Part shown: piece after piece, positions 19,667 to 29,843 of the stretch
Layout: each line of letters opens with the position of its first letter
How positions within the stretch are numbered: position 1 is the first letter of the stretch
NCBI GenBank assembly: GCA_027036135.1
Contig: JALVSY010000030.1
Coordinates: 1-64,000, forward strand
Source of the DNA: Pyrodictiaceae archaeon
GTDB lineage: Archaea; Thermoproteota; Thermoprotei_A; Sulfolobales; Pyrodictiaceae
Direction of reading: 5' to 3'
Length of the DNA stretch: 64,000 bases
The notes under the pieces: model-generated
The model's database searches: none
Seen by the model: the letters and a program-made list of their open reading frames with translations, nothing else
What the model was told of the DNA's origin: nothing
Made by a program: the position numbers and the translations under genes

Positions 19667-20176
19667 CTATATATCCACTACAAATTGTACCCGCCAGCAA
19701 CCATTCTCCTTAACTATCTCCATCATAGCATAGGTCATGGCCTTCACTATCGTCCTCGTAGGGTGCTTCGCGGGATCCAGTTTCTCGCCCCATGCCCTGG
19801 CCCGTAGCCTTAGCACCGAATTTCCCTGCTCATCACTGCCCTTCTCTATTGGCTCTACCTTGAACCTTGAGAAGACTAAGCCCTCGGAGTCGGTATAGAA
19901 TAAGAGATCCTCTATCCAGCGATAGAGTAGCTGCTCCAAGTCCTCGCCCTCATCCTCTATGCTCCTCTCCTCCCTGGGCTCCACCTTGGAGGTGTCTGTT
20001 ATTACCTCGTAGACCCCGATAGCTGCTTGCTCGAAGGCCTCTTCAATACTCCGGCCCTTAGCAACAATAATTACGTCCGCTGGATGTGGTGCATGAGCCC
20101 AGCCGGGGCACTTGAGGCTAGCTATTGTCTTCTTTAACTCTTTGAGAATCTCTTCGCGCTCCATTCCCTGCTCCAC
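19667..20176 (-). CDS. Archease
   Basis: HPADV, EEAFEQAA, VKAMTY, VVDI C-terminus. Confidence 0.92.
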   Translation of the reverse strand: MEQGMEREEILKELKKTIASLKCPGWAHAPHPADVIIVAKGRSIEEAFEQAAIGVYEVITDTSKVEPREERSIEDEGEDLEQLLYRWIEDLLFYTDSEGLVFSRFKVEPIEKGSDEQGNSVLRLRARAWGEKLDPAKHPTRTIVKAMTYAMMEIVKENGCWRVQFVVDI

Positions 20177-20416
20177 GGCCGTCTCCCCCGGTATGTCTTC
20201 TTAAATTAGTATTAGGGAAGGCGCTAGTAGTGTTTTGCCGTGTTCTGCTAGACAGCGTATGTGTGCGTAGATGTGTTCTCTCCTAGAAAGCGCTCACGCT
20301 CTCCCGGGGGTTAAGGGGATACTTGATTAAGGGGCTCCGGGCTAGTTAGGCTGGTTAGGGAATAGAAGTCACTGCTCTGCAGGCTGCTCTCCGGCGCTGT
20401 ATAGGGGTGCTGCTAT

Positions 20417-20854
20417 ATGGCTCGTGTCAGGGTTGAGGCTGAGGTTAGGCCTACGGAGGACGTGGAGAGGGTTAAGCGGGCTGTTCTCAACGTGTTCGTG
20501 CCGGATACTATCCATGTCGAGGACATGGGTGGCGGGTATTACTTGGTTGTAGCGGAGTCTTATAGTCTCCGGGGCCTTGTCCGGCTCCACGAGAAGCTCC
20601 GGGTTGAGCGCATACTCGATGCTGCCCGGGGCTACATGCTCCGAGGCATTGATCGCGGCGTATTGGTGTTCAAGCTTAATAAGCAGGCCGCATTCGTTGG
20701 CCGTGTTAGCCTCATTGATATGGACGCGGAGGCTCCTATGGGCCCCATAGTATTTACTATTGAGCACCGTGATCCCCGGGCCGTTGTTGACTGGCTCGCA
20801 CCACCCACCCGAATGGGTCGACCGTTGTACGAGAACCCTATGCCGGAGGACTAG
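20417..20854 (+). CDS. UPF0201/DUF54 RNA-binding protein
   Basis: VRPTEDVERV, ILDAAR, LNKQAAFVG, WLAP. Confidence 0.9.
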   Translation: MARVRVEAEVRPTEDVERVKRAVLNVFVPDTIHVEDMGGGYYLVVAESYSLRGLVRLHEKLRVERILDAARGYMLRGIDRGVLVFKLNKQAAFVGRVSLIDMDAEAPMGPIVFTIEHRDPRAVVDWLAPPTRMGRPLYENPMPED

Positions 20855-20925
20855 GGGCTTGCCGCGCCCTATGTTTTATAAGGGCTCGGTAACTGCTATG
20901 GCTTATCACTTATCCTGGGCGTGGC

Positions 20926-21519
20926 TTGGAGCGCCGCATAGTCATCGTTGTTGCTGGTATGCCTGGTAGCGGTAAATCAGTGGTCTCAAGGGCTGCGAAG
21001 GAGCTTGGGCTACCCGTTTATGTCATGGGAGATGTCGTCCGCGAAGAAGCTGCTAGGCGTGGCCTCGAGCCGACCCCGGCTAACCTGAACATGGTTGCTA
21101 AGAGCCTGAGGGAGGAATATGGGCCCACTGTTGTCGCTGAGCGCACGGCGCAGAAGTTCCAGGAAGGCGAAGAAGCCGTACTAGTTGATGGCGTGCGGAG
21201 CCTGGACGAAGTAAGGGTGTTCCAGCGCTACGGCGACGTGGTGATAGTCGCTGTCCATGCCTCGCCGCGTACACGGTTCGAGAGGATAAGGAAGAGGAAT
21301 AGACCCGGGGACCCCAGGACCTGGGAGGAGTTCGTCTCAAGGGACATGACCGAGCTAGGCTTCGGGATAGGAAACGTCATCGCGCTAGCCGATTACATGA
21401 TTGTTAACGAGGAGAAATCCCTGGACGAGGTACTGGAGGAGACCCGGATCCTGCTCCAAGAGAAAATACTAGGCAAGAGGGGCCTAGGCCACAGCAACAG
21501 ACCTAGGAGGCACTGGTAG
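20926..21519 (+). CDS. UPF0200 P-loop kinase (dephospho-CoA kinase-like)
   Basis: GMPGSGKS, MGDVVREE, VDGVRS, ADYMIVNE. Confidence 0.88.
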   Translation: MERRIVIVVAGMPGSGKSVVSRAAKELGLPVYVMGDVVREEAARRGLEPTPANLNMVAKSLREEYGPTVVAERTAQKFQEGEEAVLVDGVRSLDEVRVFQRYGDVVIVAVHASPRTRFERIRKRNRPGDPRTWEEFVSRDMTELGFGIGNVIALADYMIVNEEKSLDEVLEETRILLQEKILGKRGLGHSNRPRRHW

Positions 21520-21873
21520 TGTAGAGCCTACTAGGCTAGTCATCCCTAGCAAGAGGTTCTCTATTCGGACAATAACCTCCTCGTCGCTTATAATATCTAT
21601 GTTGGCCCGGAGCAAGCCATCCTCGTCCTCATAGACAATGCCTGCTGCCTCGTAGAGCTCCAGCTCCTCAAGTATATCCCTCAGAGTAAAGGCTGGTGGA
21701 AGGAACCCCGCCTCCCTCAAGCGGGCAAGATCCTCTACTAGCTCGTGGAGCGGGGCAGGCGCTAGTAATAAGCGGGCTATGATAGCGTAGCGGAGCACGC
21801 TAAACGCCTTCGCGCGCTCATAGGGAGAAGCAGCATCGACACCTACTACTAGAACCGGGCTAGCCAAATGCAT
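21484..21873 (-). CDS. Hypothetical protein, possible winged helix
   Basis: Helix-turn-helix plus GIVYEDEDGLLR wing-like pattern. Confidence 0.55.
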   Translation of the reverse strand: MHLASPVLVVGVDAASPYERAKAFSVLRYAIIARLLLAPAPLHELVEDLARLREAGFLPPAFTLRDILEELELYEAAGIVYEDEDGLLRANIDIISDEEVIVRIENLLLGMTSLVGSTLPVPPRSVAVA

Positions 21874-22084
21874 TTCACCGTTATGTACTTATACCTATAA
21901 TTGGGAATAAAAGGGATAAGGCGAGAACTAACACTGATACTAAAAGACCAGGAGATAATTAATGGATAGACCAGTGTAGCACCAGAAACTTAGAAGCAGA
22001 TAGGGAGTTCTTGAGGAAAAGAGCCAGTTAGGGGGAAGAAGTTTAACAATTGTCGTTTAAAAACAAAAATCCTTTTAAACAAAG

Positions 22085-23485
22085 CTAGTGTACTGGCGTT
22101 ATCTTTCCCGTCGTCGGGTTGTACATAGCTATTGTCTTGAATTCGCATTTGCCACCGTTGCATGCGTATACCCAGATACTGTACTTCTGGTATTTCAGGT
22201 CACCATTCTTGTCTAGCAGCTTCCACCCTGTGACTCCGAAGAAGTGCTCCGCCACTATTGGTAGCACCTCCTTTATTACCTTGCCATTGTACTGCCCTGC
22301 TACCACAACTGATAGGCATGCCAGGTATGCTGCATCATAGGCGTATGGCGAGTAGGCTGACTGCGGCGGCCTACCATATACTTGCTCGAAGTGTTTCACA
22401 AACCAGGCGTATAGCGGGCTCTTCGCCGGTACAGGGAACGTACCCTCCATGTGCACCTTCAGCAGGAACTCTCTAACTGGCTTAGGTGCCTTCAGCAGAG
22501 CCGGTGATGTGAGAGCGTCGCTTGTGAACCACTGCACCTTGCTTAGAACTGGTATCTGCGATGCATGCGTCAATATGTTTATGCCATCGGTGTCGAAGGC
22601 TATTAGGAGCACTGCCACCTTTTTGCCCTCGCTTAGTAGCTTCTTTACCACTGAAGCCAGCTTCTCCACTTGCGGTGCGAAGTCACTTTGCTCCGGGTTG
22701 TAAGGTATGAAGACGACTTTTCCACCATACATCTTCTCGAAGTCGTGCTTAAACGCATCTGCCAGGCCTCTTCCATAGGCCTCGTTGCGGAATATCACTA
22801 CTACTGTATTGTAGCCCTTACTGTGTATCAATGTCGCGAGAGCCTTTCCTTGACCAAGATCGTTACCCACTACCCTGAATATGTAATCAGGCTTTGCCAG
22901 CGCCGGGCTCGTGCTAGCCGGGCTTATCATAACTATGTGGTGGGTATTGGCGAACCCCATTACACCGCTCAGAACCCAGCTACTATCGGTGCCAACCACC
23001 ACCTGGACATGGTACTCGTTGTACATGGCCTCGAGGGCTGCCAGCGCTTTCCTGGGATTCGTACCACTATCAGCAACTATCGGTACGAAGCGGAACGGCG
23101 CACCTATCGATTCAAGGAACTTGTCAAAGTCCTCGATTGCCAGCTTAGCCGCCTTTATGTTATCCCTGCCGTCGGATGCGAGGCCACCCGTCTCGGGCAA
23201 TAGTATCCCAATAGGAATCTTGCCCCTTAAGCCACAATGCTTACACGACGCCATCATAGCCTTGGTCGCAGTAATGGTCTTGGTTATCGTTACAGTCTTG
23301 GTCCCTGCAGTCACCGAACTAGCAGAGTTGGCGGCGACGGTCTTAGTAATAGTTACTGTCTTAGTGCCGCCGCCGTGGTGTGTTGCGAATCCTATCCCTA
23401 TGCCTATTATAAGACCTATTATGAATAGTGCTACTAGTACACCATTTGATGTACCCCTAAGTTTTTCCATATTCATATTATTCAC
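22085..23485 (-). CDS. Branched-chain amino acid ABC transporter substrate-binding protein
   Basis: IGILLPETG, ISPASTSPAL, YAYDA. N-terminal TM plus Thr-rich linker with duplicated GTKTVTITKT. Confidence 0.9.
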   Translation of the reverse strand: MNNMNMEKLRGTSNGVLVALFIIGLIIGIGIGFATHHGGGTKTVTITKTVAANSASSVTAGTKTVTITKTITATKAMMASCKHCGLRGKIPIGILLPETGGLASDGRDNIKAAKLAIEDFDKFLESIGAPFRFVPIVADSGTNPRKALAALEAMYNEYHVQVVVGTDSSWVLSGVMGFANTHHIVMISPASTSPALAKPDYIFRVVGNDLGQGKALATLIHSKGYNTVVVIFRNEAYGRGLADAFKHDFEKMYGGKVVFIPYNPEQSDFAPQVEKLASVVKKLLSEGKKVAVLLIAFDTDGINILTHASQIPVLSKVQWFTSDALTSPALLKAPKPVREFLLKVHMEGTFPVPAKSPLYAWFVKHFEQVYGRPPQSAYSPYAYDAAYLACLSVVVAGQYNGKVIKEVLPIVAEHFFGVTGWKLLDKNGDLKYQKYSIWVYACNGGKCEFKTIAMYNPTTGKITPVH

Positions 23486-23718
23486 CTTATGTTTTCACCT
23501 CGGGCTGGAGAGTAACGTGTAGGAATTCTGTTTAAAAGTTTTTCTTAGAGGAATTTAGTGGATTCAAGAAACTAGTTGCAAGCAAGACTTATAAGGGAGT
23601 AAGCTGATCAAGCTCCTTGCTTCGGAGTCTTCACCTAGAGGTTATGCTCCTGCAATAGAGGCCTCGGCTCCATGACTGATAACGTACTCTGACAAGAGAG
23701 CGATAAGGTGGTGGAGGA

Positions 23719-24723
23719 GTGGGAGTAACGTTCATGGTATATTCCTTGGCCTGGGGGTCTGCACTAGCTCTAATGGCTAGTGGGCTATCCCTTTATTATT
23801 CAGTAAGCAAGGTTGCCAACTTCGCGCATGGATCATATGTTAGCATGGGTCTCTTGGCCTACTTGCTGGCAATAGCTTTTGCCCACTGGGGTAGCAAGAT
23901 CACGGGCTTCGGCATAGACCACTATGCAATATTCAACATATCCAACTTGTGGGCGCTTATACCCGCCTTCTTGGTGGCCGGGCTAGTGTCTCTGGCTAGT
24001 TTCGCAGGTATCTTCTGGCCCCTAATGAAGAGAGGTGCTACCCCACTACAACTACTCGTTGCTAGCATTGGTCTCATGTTCGTGCTAAGGTTCTTGATGT
24101 ATATCGTGGCTGGCAGCATGAACTGGATAACTCTCTGGACACCTGGATCCACTACCTACCATATATTAGGCGTTAGAATTACACTTGCAGAAATCTTATC
24201 GTTTGTACTACTGGCCCTAGTCGCGGGACTCATAGCCCTACTCGAGACAAAGACACTTATCGGCGTGTCACTCAGAGCGATAGCAAGTAACCCCTCCTTG
24301 GCTGAGGCAAGCGGCATTGATAGCTTCAAGGTACAGGCACTGGCGTGGTTCCTGGGAGGAGGGTTTGCCGGGCTAGGAGGCGTGCTGATGTTTATCTTCA
24401 CCGGGCCTCCGGGCGGGAGGCCAATAGTAGAGCTTGGCTGGATGAACTTATTATCGATCTTTGCTGCAGCGGTGCTAGGCGGACTAGGCAGCTTCTACGG
24501 CACGATTATAGCCGCACTAATACTTGGGATAGCGTTTAACCAGGCAGCTGCATGGTTCACGATATACCTTAATGTCAGTAGCTCGCTTGCACTGCTCATT
24601 CCATTCGGTATAACCCTTCTGACCCTGCTATTTTTCCCGCAAGGCCTGGCTGGCATAAACTGGAGAAAGCTAGTTAACAAGATCCGTATAACACGCGTAG
24701 AAGAAGAGGTGGTAAGGCGATGA
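23719..24723 (+). CDS. livH: Branched-chain amino acid ABC permease
   Basis: ANFAHG, LRAIASNPSLAEASGI, VLGGLGS. Confidence 0.88.
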   Translation: MGVTFMVYSLAWGSALALMASGLSLYYSVSKVANFAHGSYVSMGLLAYLLAIAFAHWGSKITGFGIDHYAIFNISNLWALIPAFLVAGLVSLASFAGIFWPLMKRGATPLQLLVASIGLMFVLRFLMYIVAGSMNWITLWTPGSTTYHILGVRITLAEILSFVLLALVAGLIALLETKTLIGVSLRAIASNPSLAEASGIDSFKVQALAWFLGGGFAGLGGVLMFIFTGPPGGRPIVELGWMNLLSIFAAAVLGGLGSFYGTIIAALILGIAFNQAAAWFTIYLNVSSSLALLIPFGITLLTLLFFPQGLAGINWRKLVNKIRITRVEEEVVRR

Positions 24724-25850
24724 ACATTATAAGCTTTCTTGTCACGTATCTAAGCGTTGCAGCCGTATACGCGCTATTAGCGATAAGCATGAATATCGAC
24801 TATGGCTGGGCGGGGATACCTGACTTCGGCAAAGCAGCGTTCATAGCCGCAGGAGGCATAGCGGCCGCCATAGTTGCCACCAGGATTGTGCCACCCCTCA
24901 TGCTTCACATGCACCCAGCTAATCCCTCAAAGCTAAGCTTTTTCACCTACTACAACGGGAAAATACTGCCAGCCATTACAGCCCACCCAATAGATACCTG
25001 GATAGTCTTCATCATATCAATATTGCTCGGCGGAATTATAGCAGCTGGCTTCGCTGTCATATTCTCCTACCCAGCGATAAGGCTGAAGGAGGACTACCTG
25101 GCCATAGCCTTGCTTATGGCTGCGCAGATAGTGTGGTTATTCCTAAGAGTCTATACTCCTATAATGGGTGGCACAATGTCAATGACGTTGCCATCGCCGA
25201 GCTTTAAGCCAATAGCGAGAGCACTGTTCCACAGCACGTCTCCCAGCGCAATAGATGCCGCAAAGGCGCTGTTCTTGTGGGGGCTGGTGGGGGTGTTCCT
25301 CTACTATGCCGAAAAACAGATGAATTCACCCTTCGGAAGAATGCTCAGAATGGTCAGGGACGATGAATATGCTGCAGCAGCGCTGGGGAAGAACGTCGCA
25401 AGGGCGAGGCTCGAGTCACTAATAGTTGCATCATTCCTGGCTGGTGTGGCTGGAGCGGTATATGTGCTCATACACTTCTCCAGTGTTAATCCAGACTACT
25501 TCATGCCGGACTTGACCTTCTTCGTGTTAACTCTTGTGCTAGTAGGAGGTGTTGGGAATAACATTGGTAGCATAATCGGTGCACTACTAATAGCACTATT
25601 ATACAGAGCAAGCTACATCTTTGGAACAAGCCTAGGGTTCAGCTGGGGTAGCTACCTCTATTACATGATAATAGGACTTGCAATACTGATAACGATATTC
25701 GTGAGACCCAATGGGATTCTCCCCGAGAAGCCCGTGCGCACCCCCGCTTGGGACGTCTACGCCTTAGTTAGGGGAAAGCAACCCTGGTTCCTTAGGCGCA
25801 TCCTTATGAGAGGTCGGGGTAAGGTAAATACGGGTGAGAAAAGTGAGTGA
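24720..25850 (+). CDS. livM: Branched-chain amino acid ABC permease
   Basis: RLKEDYLAI, SPFGRMLRMVRDDE, RPNGILPE. Confidence 0.88.
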   Translation: MNIISFLVTYLSVAAVYALLAISMNIDYGWAGIPDFGKAAFIAAGGIAAAIVATRIVPPLMLHMHPANPSKLSFFTYYNGKILPAITAHPIDTWIVFIISILLGGIIAAGFAVIFSYPAIRLKEDYLAIALLMAAQIVWLFLRVYTPIMGGTMSMTLPSPSFKPIARALFHSTSPSAIDAAKALFLWGLVGVFLYYAEKQMNSPFGRMLRMVRDDEYAAAALGKNVARARLESLIVASFLAGVAGAVYVLIHFSSVNPDYFMPDLTFFVLTLVLVGGVGNNIGSIIGALLIALLYRASYIFGTSLGFSWGSYLYYMIIGLAILITIFVRPNGILPEKPVRTPAWDVYALVRGKQPWFLRRILMRGRGKVNTGEKSE

Positions 25851-26604
25851 CGAGGTACTAATAGTGGATAATGTTCACAAGTATTTTGGCGGTATAAGGG
25901 CTGTTGACGGTGTCTCGTTAAAAGTCCCAAGGGGTAGCATAGTAGGGCTGATAGGCCCTAATGGGAGCGGCAAGACTACTCTCTTCAATACTATATCCGG
26001 GTTCTACAAGCCGAATAAGGGCAGGATAATGTTCGATGGACGCGATATAACCGGGCTCCCTCCACACAGGATATACAAGCTTGGATTAATAAGGACTTTC
26101 CAGAACCCAAGGGTTTGGAGAAGCCTCACGGTGTTCGAGAACGTCCTAGGCTCCGCTAAGGATCAGCGAGGAGAAAATATGCTGTTGGCAATGATACATG
26201 CTACCTGGGCTTCCCAGGAAAAGAAGCTCGCCAAGGAGGCCCTCCACTGGATTGACTTCACTGGCCTAGCCCCCGTTGATACGAGATTCGCGCCGGAGAT
26301 AAGCGGTGGCCAGATGAAGCTCCTCGAGGTAGCCAGGGCACTCATGGGGAGCGCGAAGATGCTTCTACTAGACGAGCCGGCCGCCGGCGTAAATCCGGTA
26401 ATGGCGCGCAAACTGTTTGGCGGCATCGAGAGGCTTAGGAGCGAGATGGGGCTGACATTTCTAATAGTGGAACACCGCCTTGAGATACTCTTTGATTACG
26501 TTGACTATGTTTACGTAATGCATCGTGGCCGCATAGTTGCTGAGGGTAAGCCCGAGGAGGTCGCGGAGAACCCGGTTGTTCACGATATTTACCTAGGAGG
26601 CTGA
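25834..26604 (+). CDS. livG: ABC ATP-binding protein
   Basis: GPNGSGKT, RTFQ, SGGQ, LLDEPAAGVNP, EH. Confidence 0.9.
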   Translation: MRKVSDEVLIVDNVHKYFGGIRAVDGVSLKVPRGSIVGLIGPNGSGKTTLFNTISGFYKPNKGRIMFDGRDITGLPPHRIYKLGLIRTFQNPRVWRSLTVFENVLGSAKDQRGENMLLAMIHATWASQEKKLAKEALHWIDFTGLAPVDTRFAPEISGGQMKLLEVARALMGSAKMLLLDEPAAGVNPVMARKLFGGIERLRSEMGLTFLIVEHRLEILFDYVDYVYVMHRGRIVAEGKPEEVAENPVVHDIYLGG

Positions 26605-26608
26605 GAGC

Positions 26609-27346
26609 ATGGAGGAGGGGCTCCCTATCCGGGTTGAGAACATCAAAGCCGGTTACGGGAAGTTGGAGATACTTCATGGGGTAAGTATCCGTGCCGAGCT
26701 CGGAGAACTAGTAGCGATTGTCGGGCCCAATGGCAGCGGTAAGAGCACATTACTGAAAACGATATTCGGGTTCACGAACATCTATGAGGGCAGAATACTC
26801 CTAGGCGACATGGATATAACTAAGACACCGCCACATAAGAAACCCTACCTAGGAATGGCATACGTGCCACAAGTAGCCAACGTGTTCCCTTCTCTCAGCG
26901 TTGAGGAGAACTTGAGGCTATCATATATTGTCTTCAGGAAGAGAGGGGATGGGGCAAGGAAATTCTCCCAGGTTCTCGCAGATATTTATGAGATGTTCCC
27001 AATACTGAAAGAGAGGAGGAAGCAGAAAGCTGGGACGCTGAGCGGCGGAGAGAGACAAATGCTCGCCATAGCTAGGGCGCTCTTGACGCAACCCAGGGTA
27101 ATGCTCCTCGACGAGCCTACGGCTGCCCTTGCGCCGAAGATAGCGGAGGAGATATTCAGGATTATAAGGGAGATAGCTAATAAAGGTATAACGGTTCTTT
27201 TAGTTGAGCAGAATGCTAAGCGTGCTCTCGAAATATCCGATCGGGGCTATATACTTGTGCAAGGCAAGGTAGCGTACGAGGGTCACTCGAGGGAAATATT
27301 GTCCCACCCAGAGCTGGGGAAGCTCTACTTAGGGCTCTTGAAGTAA
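26609..27346 (+). CDS. livF: ABC ATP-binding protein
   Basis: GPNGSGKS, LSGGERQ, LDEP, VEQN. Confidence 0.9.
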   Translation: MEEGLPIRVENIKAGYGKLEILHGVSIRAELGELVAIVGPNGSGKSTLLKTIFGFTNIYEGRILLGDMDITKTPPHKKPYLGMAYVPQVANVFPSLSVEENLRLSYIVFRKRGDGARKFSQVLADIYEMFPILKERRKQKAGTLSGGERQMLAIARALLTQPRVMLLDEPTAALAPKIAEEIFRIIREIANKGITVLLVEQNAKRALEISDRGYILVQGKVAYEGHSREILSHPELGKLYLGLLK

Positions 27347-27381
27347 TCTCTATAGCTTGTTCTTTTTGCCATGCCACGAGC

Positions 27382-27996
27382 CTAGTTTTCGCTGATTGCT
27401 GCATGCATGAAGATAGGGGCATAGAGCGCTACAGAGACTAGCTCTGGTATCGCAGCGCCTGGCGGCACATCTTTTACAAAGTGCATGTACCAGATAGCTA
27501 TGTAGGACGCTAGTGCCACTGCAGCGTAGGCCTTCAGCGCAATGTTCTCCGCCCTAGCTATATAGGCTATTATGAGTGCTAGAAGTGAGAGAAAGAATAG
27601 TACTGAGACCCAGAAGTGCAGAACCCCATAGGCCTCGTTAAATACCGCTACTAGAGCGAGGCTAAAGCCTTCTAGCCATACTAGTGCCTCGCGCCAGCCC
27701 CGTAGACACTTACAAGCTAATAATGACAAGAATATAGTGCCCAATACGAGCCCCGTGTTGAAGATCTTTGCTGTGTCCGGGTGCTTTACTTGGTGCCCTA
27801 GGTCGCTTAGGGCATTGCCCCAGAAGCTGAACCACGGGGCAGCCGCTATAGCTATCCCTATTAACACGAGGGGGGCCGCGAGCGCAAGAATTGCTAGGAT
27901 GATGCACCTTTTCTTCAAAGCGTCTCCCGTGTAGTAATTAGTATCTGGTTTATGGTTATTGGTGTTTTCCTTGTAGTAGTGAGCTAATTTATTCAT
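27382..27996 (-). CDS. DUF998 family membrane protein
   Basis: WFSFWGNALSDLG, FN, LH, PEL. True start probably further downstream. Confidence 0.75.
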   Translation of the reverse strand: MNKLAHYYKENTNNHKPDTNYYTGDALKKRCIILAILALAAPLVLIGIAIAAAPWFSFWGNALSDLGHQVKHPDTAKIFNTGLVLGTIFLSLLACKCLRGWREALVWLEGFSLALVAVFNEAYGVLHFWVSVLFFLSLLALIIAYIARAENIALKAYAAVALASYIAIWYMHFVKDVPPGAAIPELVSVALYAPIFMHAAISEN

Positions 27997-28132
27997 TACG
28001 TTATTGTGGCTAATTGGTTGCTTAACCGTTGTACGTGGTATTACCTTGTAGGCTGCGGGGATAGGCTTAAAACCTTGTTAGAAACAGTTTCTAGTATACA
28101 GAGAATACGGAGAGAAAGGAATAGGGTGAGAC

Positions 28133-28843
28133 GTGATGCCCGGACAAATACCACTCATAGGAGAAAAGTTCCCGGAGATGGAGGTAAAGACTGACAGAGG
28201 AGTAATAAAGCTACCAGACTACTTCGTTGAGAAGGGCAAATGGTTCGTCCTCTTCAGCCACCCAGCAGACTTCACGCCAGTCTGTACAACAGAGTTCGTA
28301 GCCTTCGCCAAGAGGTATGAGGACTTCCAGAAGCTAAACACCGAGCTAATAGGCCTAAGCGTCGACAATAGCTTCAGCCACATAAAGTGGAAGGAGTGGA
28401 TCAAGGAGAAGCTAGGAGTAGAGATACCATTCCCGATCATTGCTGACCCGATGGGCGAGGTCGCTAAGAAGCTAGGAATGATACACGCCGAGAGCGGCGT
28501 AGTAACCGTTCGCTCGGTCTTCGTGGTGGACAACAAGGGCGTGATAAGGGCGATACTCTACTACCCACTAGACGTCGGCAGAAACATCGACGAGATACTA
28601 AGACTAGTAGAAGCCCTACAACTTAACGAGAAATATGGCCGTGCATTACCAGCCAACTGGCCGAACAACGAGATAATAGGCGACAACCTAATAGTGCCAC
28701 CAGCATCCACGGAGCAGGAGGCCGCTGAGAGAATGAAGCAATTCAAGTGCTTTGATTGGTGGTTCTGCTACGAGGACAAAGCAACCGCCGAGGAGAAGGA
28801 GTTCGCTAGGAAAGCCCTAAAGAGAGTAGCCAACTGTCAGTAA
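28133..28843 (+). CDS. Peroxiredoxin (archaeal Prx6 type)
   Basis: [24 protein letters not shown]. Confidence 0.95.
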   Translation: MMPGQIPLIGEKFPEMEVKTDRGVIKLPDYFVEKGKWFVLFSHPADFTPVCTTEFVAFAKRYEDFQKLNTELIGLSVDNSFSHIKWKEWIKEKLGVEIPFPIIADPMGEVAKKLGMIHAESGVVTVRSVFVVDNKGVIRAILYYPLDVGRNIDEILRLVEALQLNEKYGRALPANWPNNEIIGDNLIVPPASTEQEAAERMKQFKCFDWWFCYEDKATAEEKEFARKALKRVANCQ

Positions 28844-28916
28844 CGACTAAAATATCATAGTTCGAGGCAATAACTAGGTACCCGGTTTTTACGGCTCTGT
28901 AACACTTTGTAATTCC

Positions 28917-29288
28917 TTAGCCTTTTTGCTCAAAGCACTCGCTTCTTTCTACACCCATGTGTACCCCTCCATGGCCGTAGAAGACTACCTCAACTGGCTC
29001 CAGAGTTATCAAGCCCTCCTTCACTATATTACGTAACTCTCCTAGGACGCTACGTATCTTCTCTTCCTCGTCAATAACCTCTACTACTACTGGTAAGTCC
29101 TCAGAGAGCCTGAACACGCTTATACTATGAATCTTGCTGTGAGAGCCGTAGCCAGCTATTCCGCGGAAGACTGTGGCTCCTCGGAACCCCTTCCTATGAA
29201 ACCATTCTAGTAGGTACATGTATAGTGGCTTGTGATGGAAGTGGTCTGATTCACCTATGTATATTCGTAGGCGTGCGCACCTAGTCAT
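28917..29288 (-). CDS. DUF190 (PII-like) protein
   Basis: LRIYIGESD, GATVFRGIAGYG, LSEDLP; next to crcB. Confidence 0.9.
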   Translation of the reverse strand: MTRCARLRIYIGESDHFHHKPLYMYLLEWFHRKGFRGATVFRGIAGYGSHSKIHSISVFRLSEDLPVVVEVIDEEEKIRSVLGELRNIVKEGLITLEPVEVVFYGHGGVHMGVERSECFEQKG

Positions 29289-29680
29289 CGACGATACACC
29301 ACCGCTGATAGGCTATACCCCGCGTATATCATTAGGAGCCCGAGAGCTATACTGATTCCTATGTAGAGGAGTGCTTCGCCTATAGACCAATCTAGTAGGT
29401 ACATAAATGACTCGTACATGAATGTTGAGAACGTCGTGAACGCTCCCGCGAACCCTGTCGCTATGAGGAGGCGTTGCCACCTAGTAAAGGCGCCGTAGAG
29501 AGAAGCTGCCCCCATGACGAATCCTAGTAGGAGGGAGCCGAGCAGGTTAACGGCTAGTGTGCCCACGGGAAACTCATGGCCATCTTGCACTATGCGGGCT
29601 AGTAGCCACCTAGAGACCGCTCCGAGCGCGCCGCCTATCGCTACCGCTGCCGTGTCTAGTAGAAGGTCCTCTAGCCCCAT
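29285..29680 (-). CDS. crcB: Fluoride channel Fluc/CrcB
   Basis: GGALGAVSR, GTLAVN, GAFTTFSTF. Confidence 0.95.
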   Translation of the reverse strand: MGLEDLLLDTAAVAIGGALGAVSRWLLARIVQDGHEFPVGTLAVNLLGSLLLGFVMGAASLYGAFTRWQRLLIATGFAGAFTTFSTFMYESFMYLLDWSIGEALLYIGISIALGLLMIYAGYSLSAVVYRR

Positions 29681-29843
29681 AGCCCGGTACCCTCCCCTAG
29701 GCTGGGGCCCCGAGGACTCTTTTGCTCTATGTTTAGAGGAGTAATGGTATAAGTGTGGGGCTAGCGGGATGTGAGCAAACTTATCTGGTTCGGCGCCTAG
29801 TTTATCTAACGCCTACTCCCTAGAGCTATATAGTGGTGTAAGG

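Noticed and set aside
29681-29843. Fluoride riboswitch upstream of crcB
   Set aside because: No GGCGATG...CGCC / GCTRATGAC consensus is visible.
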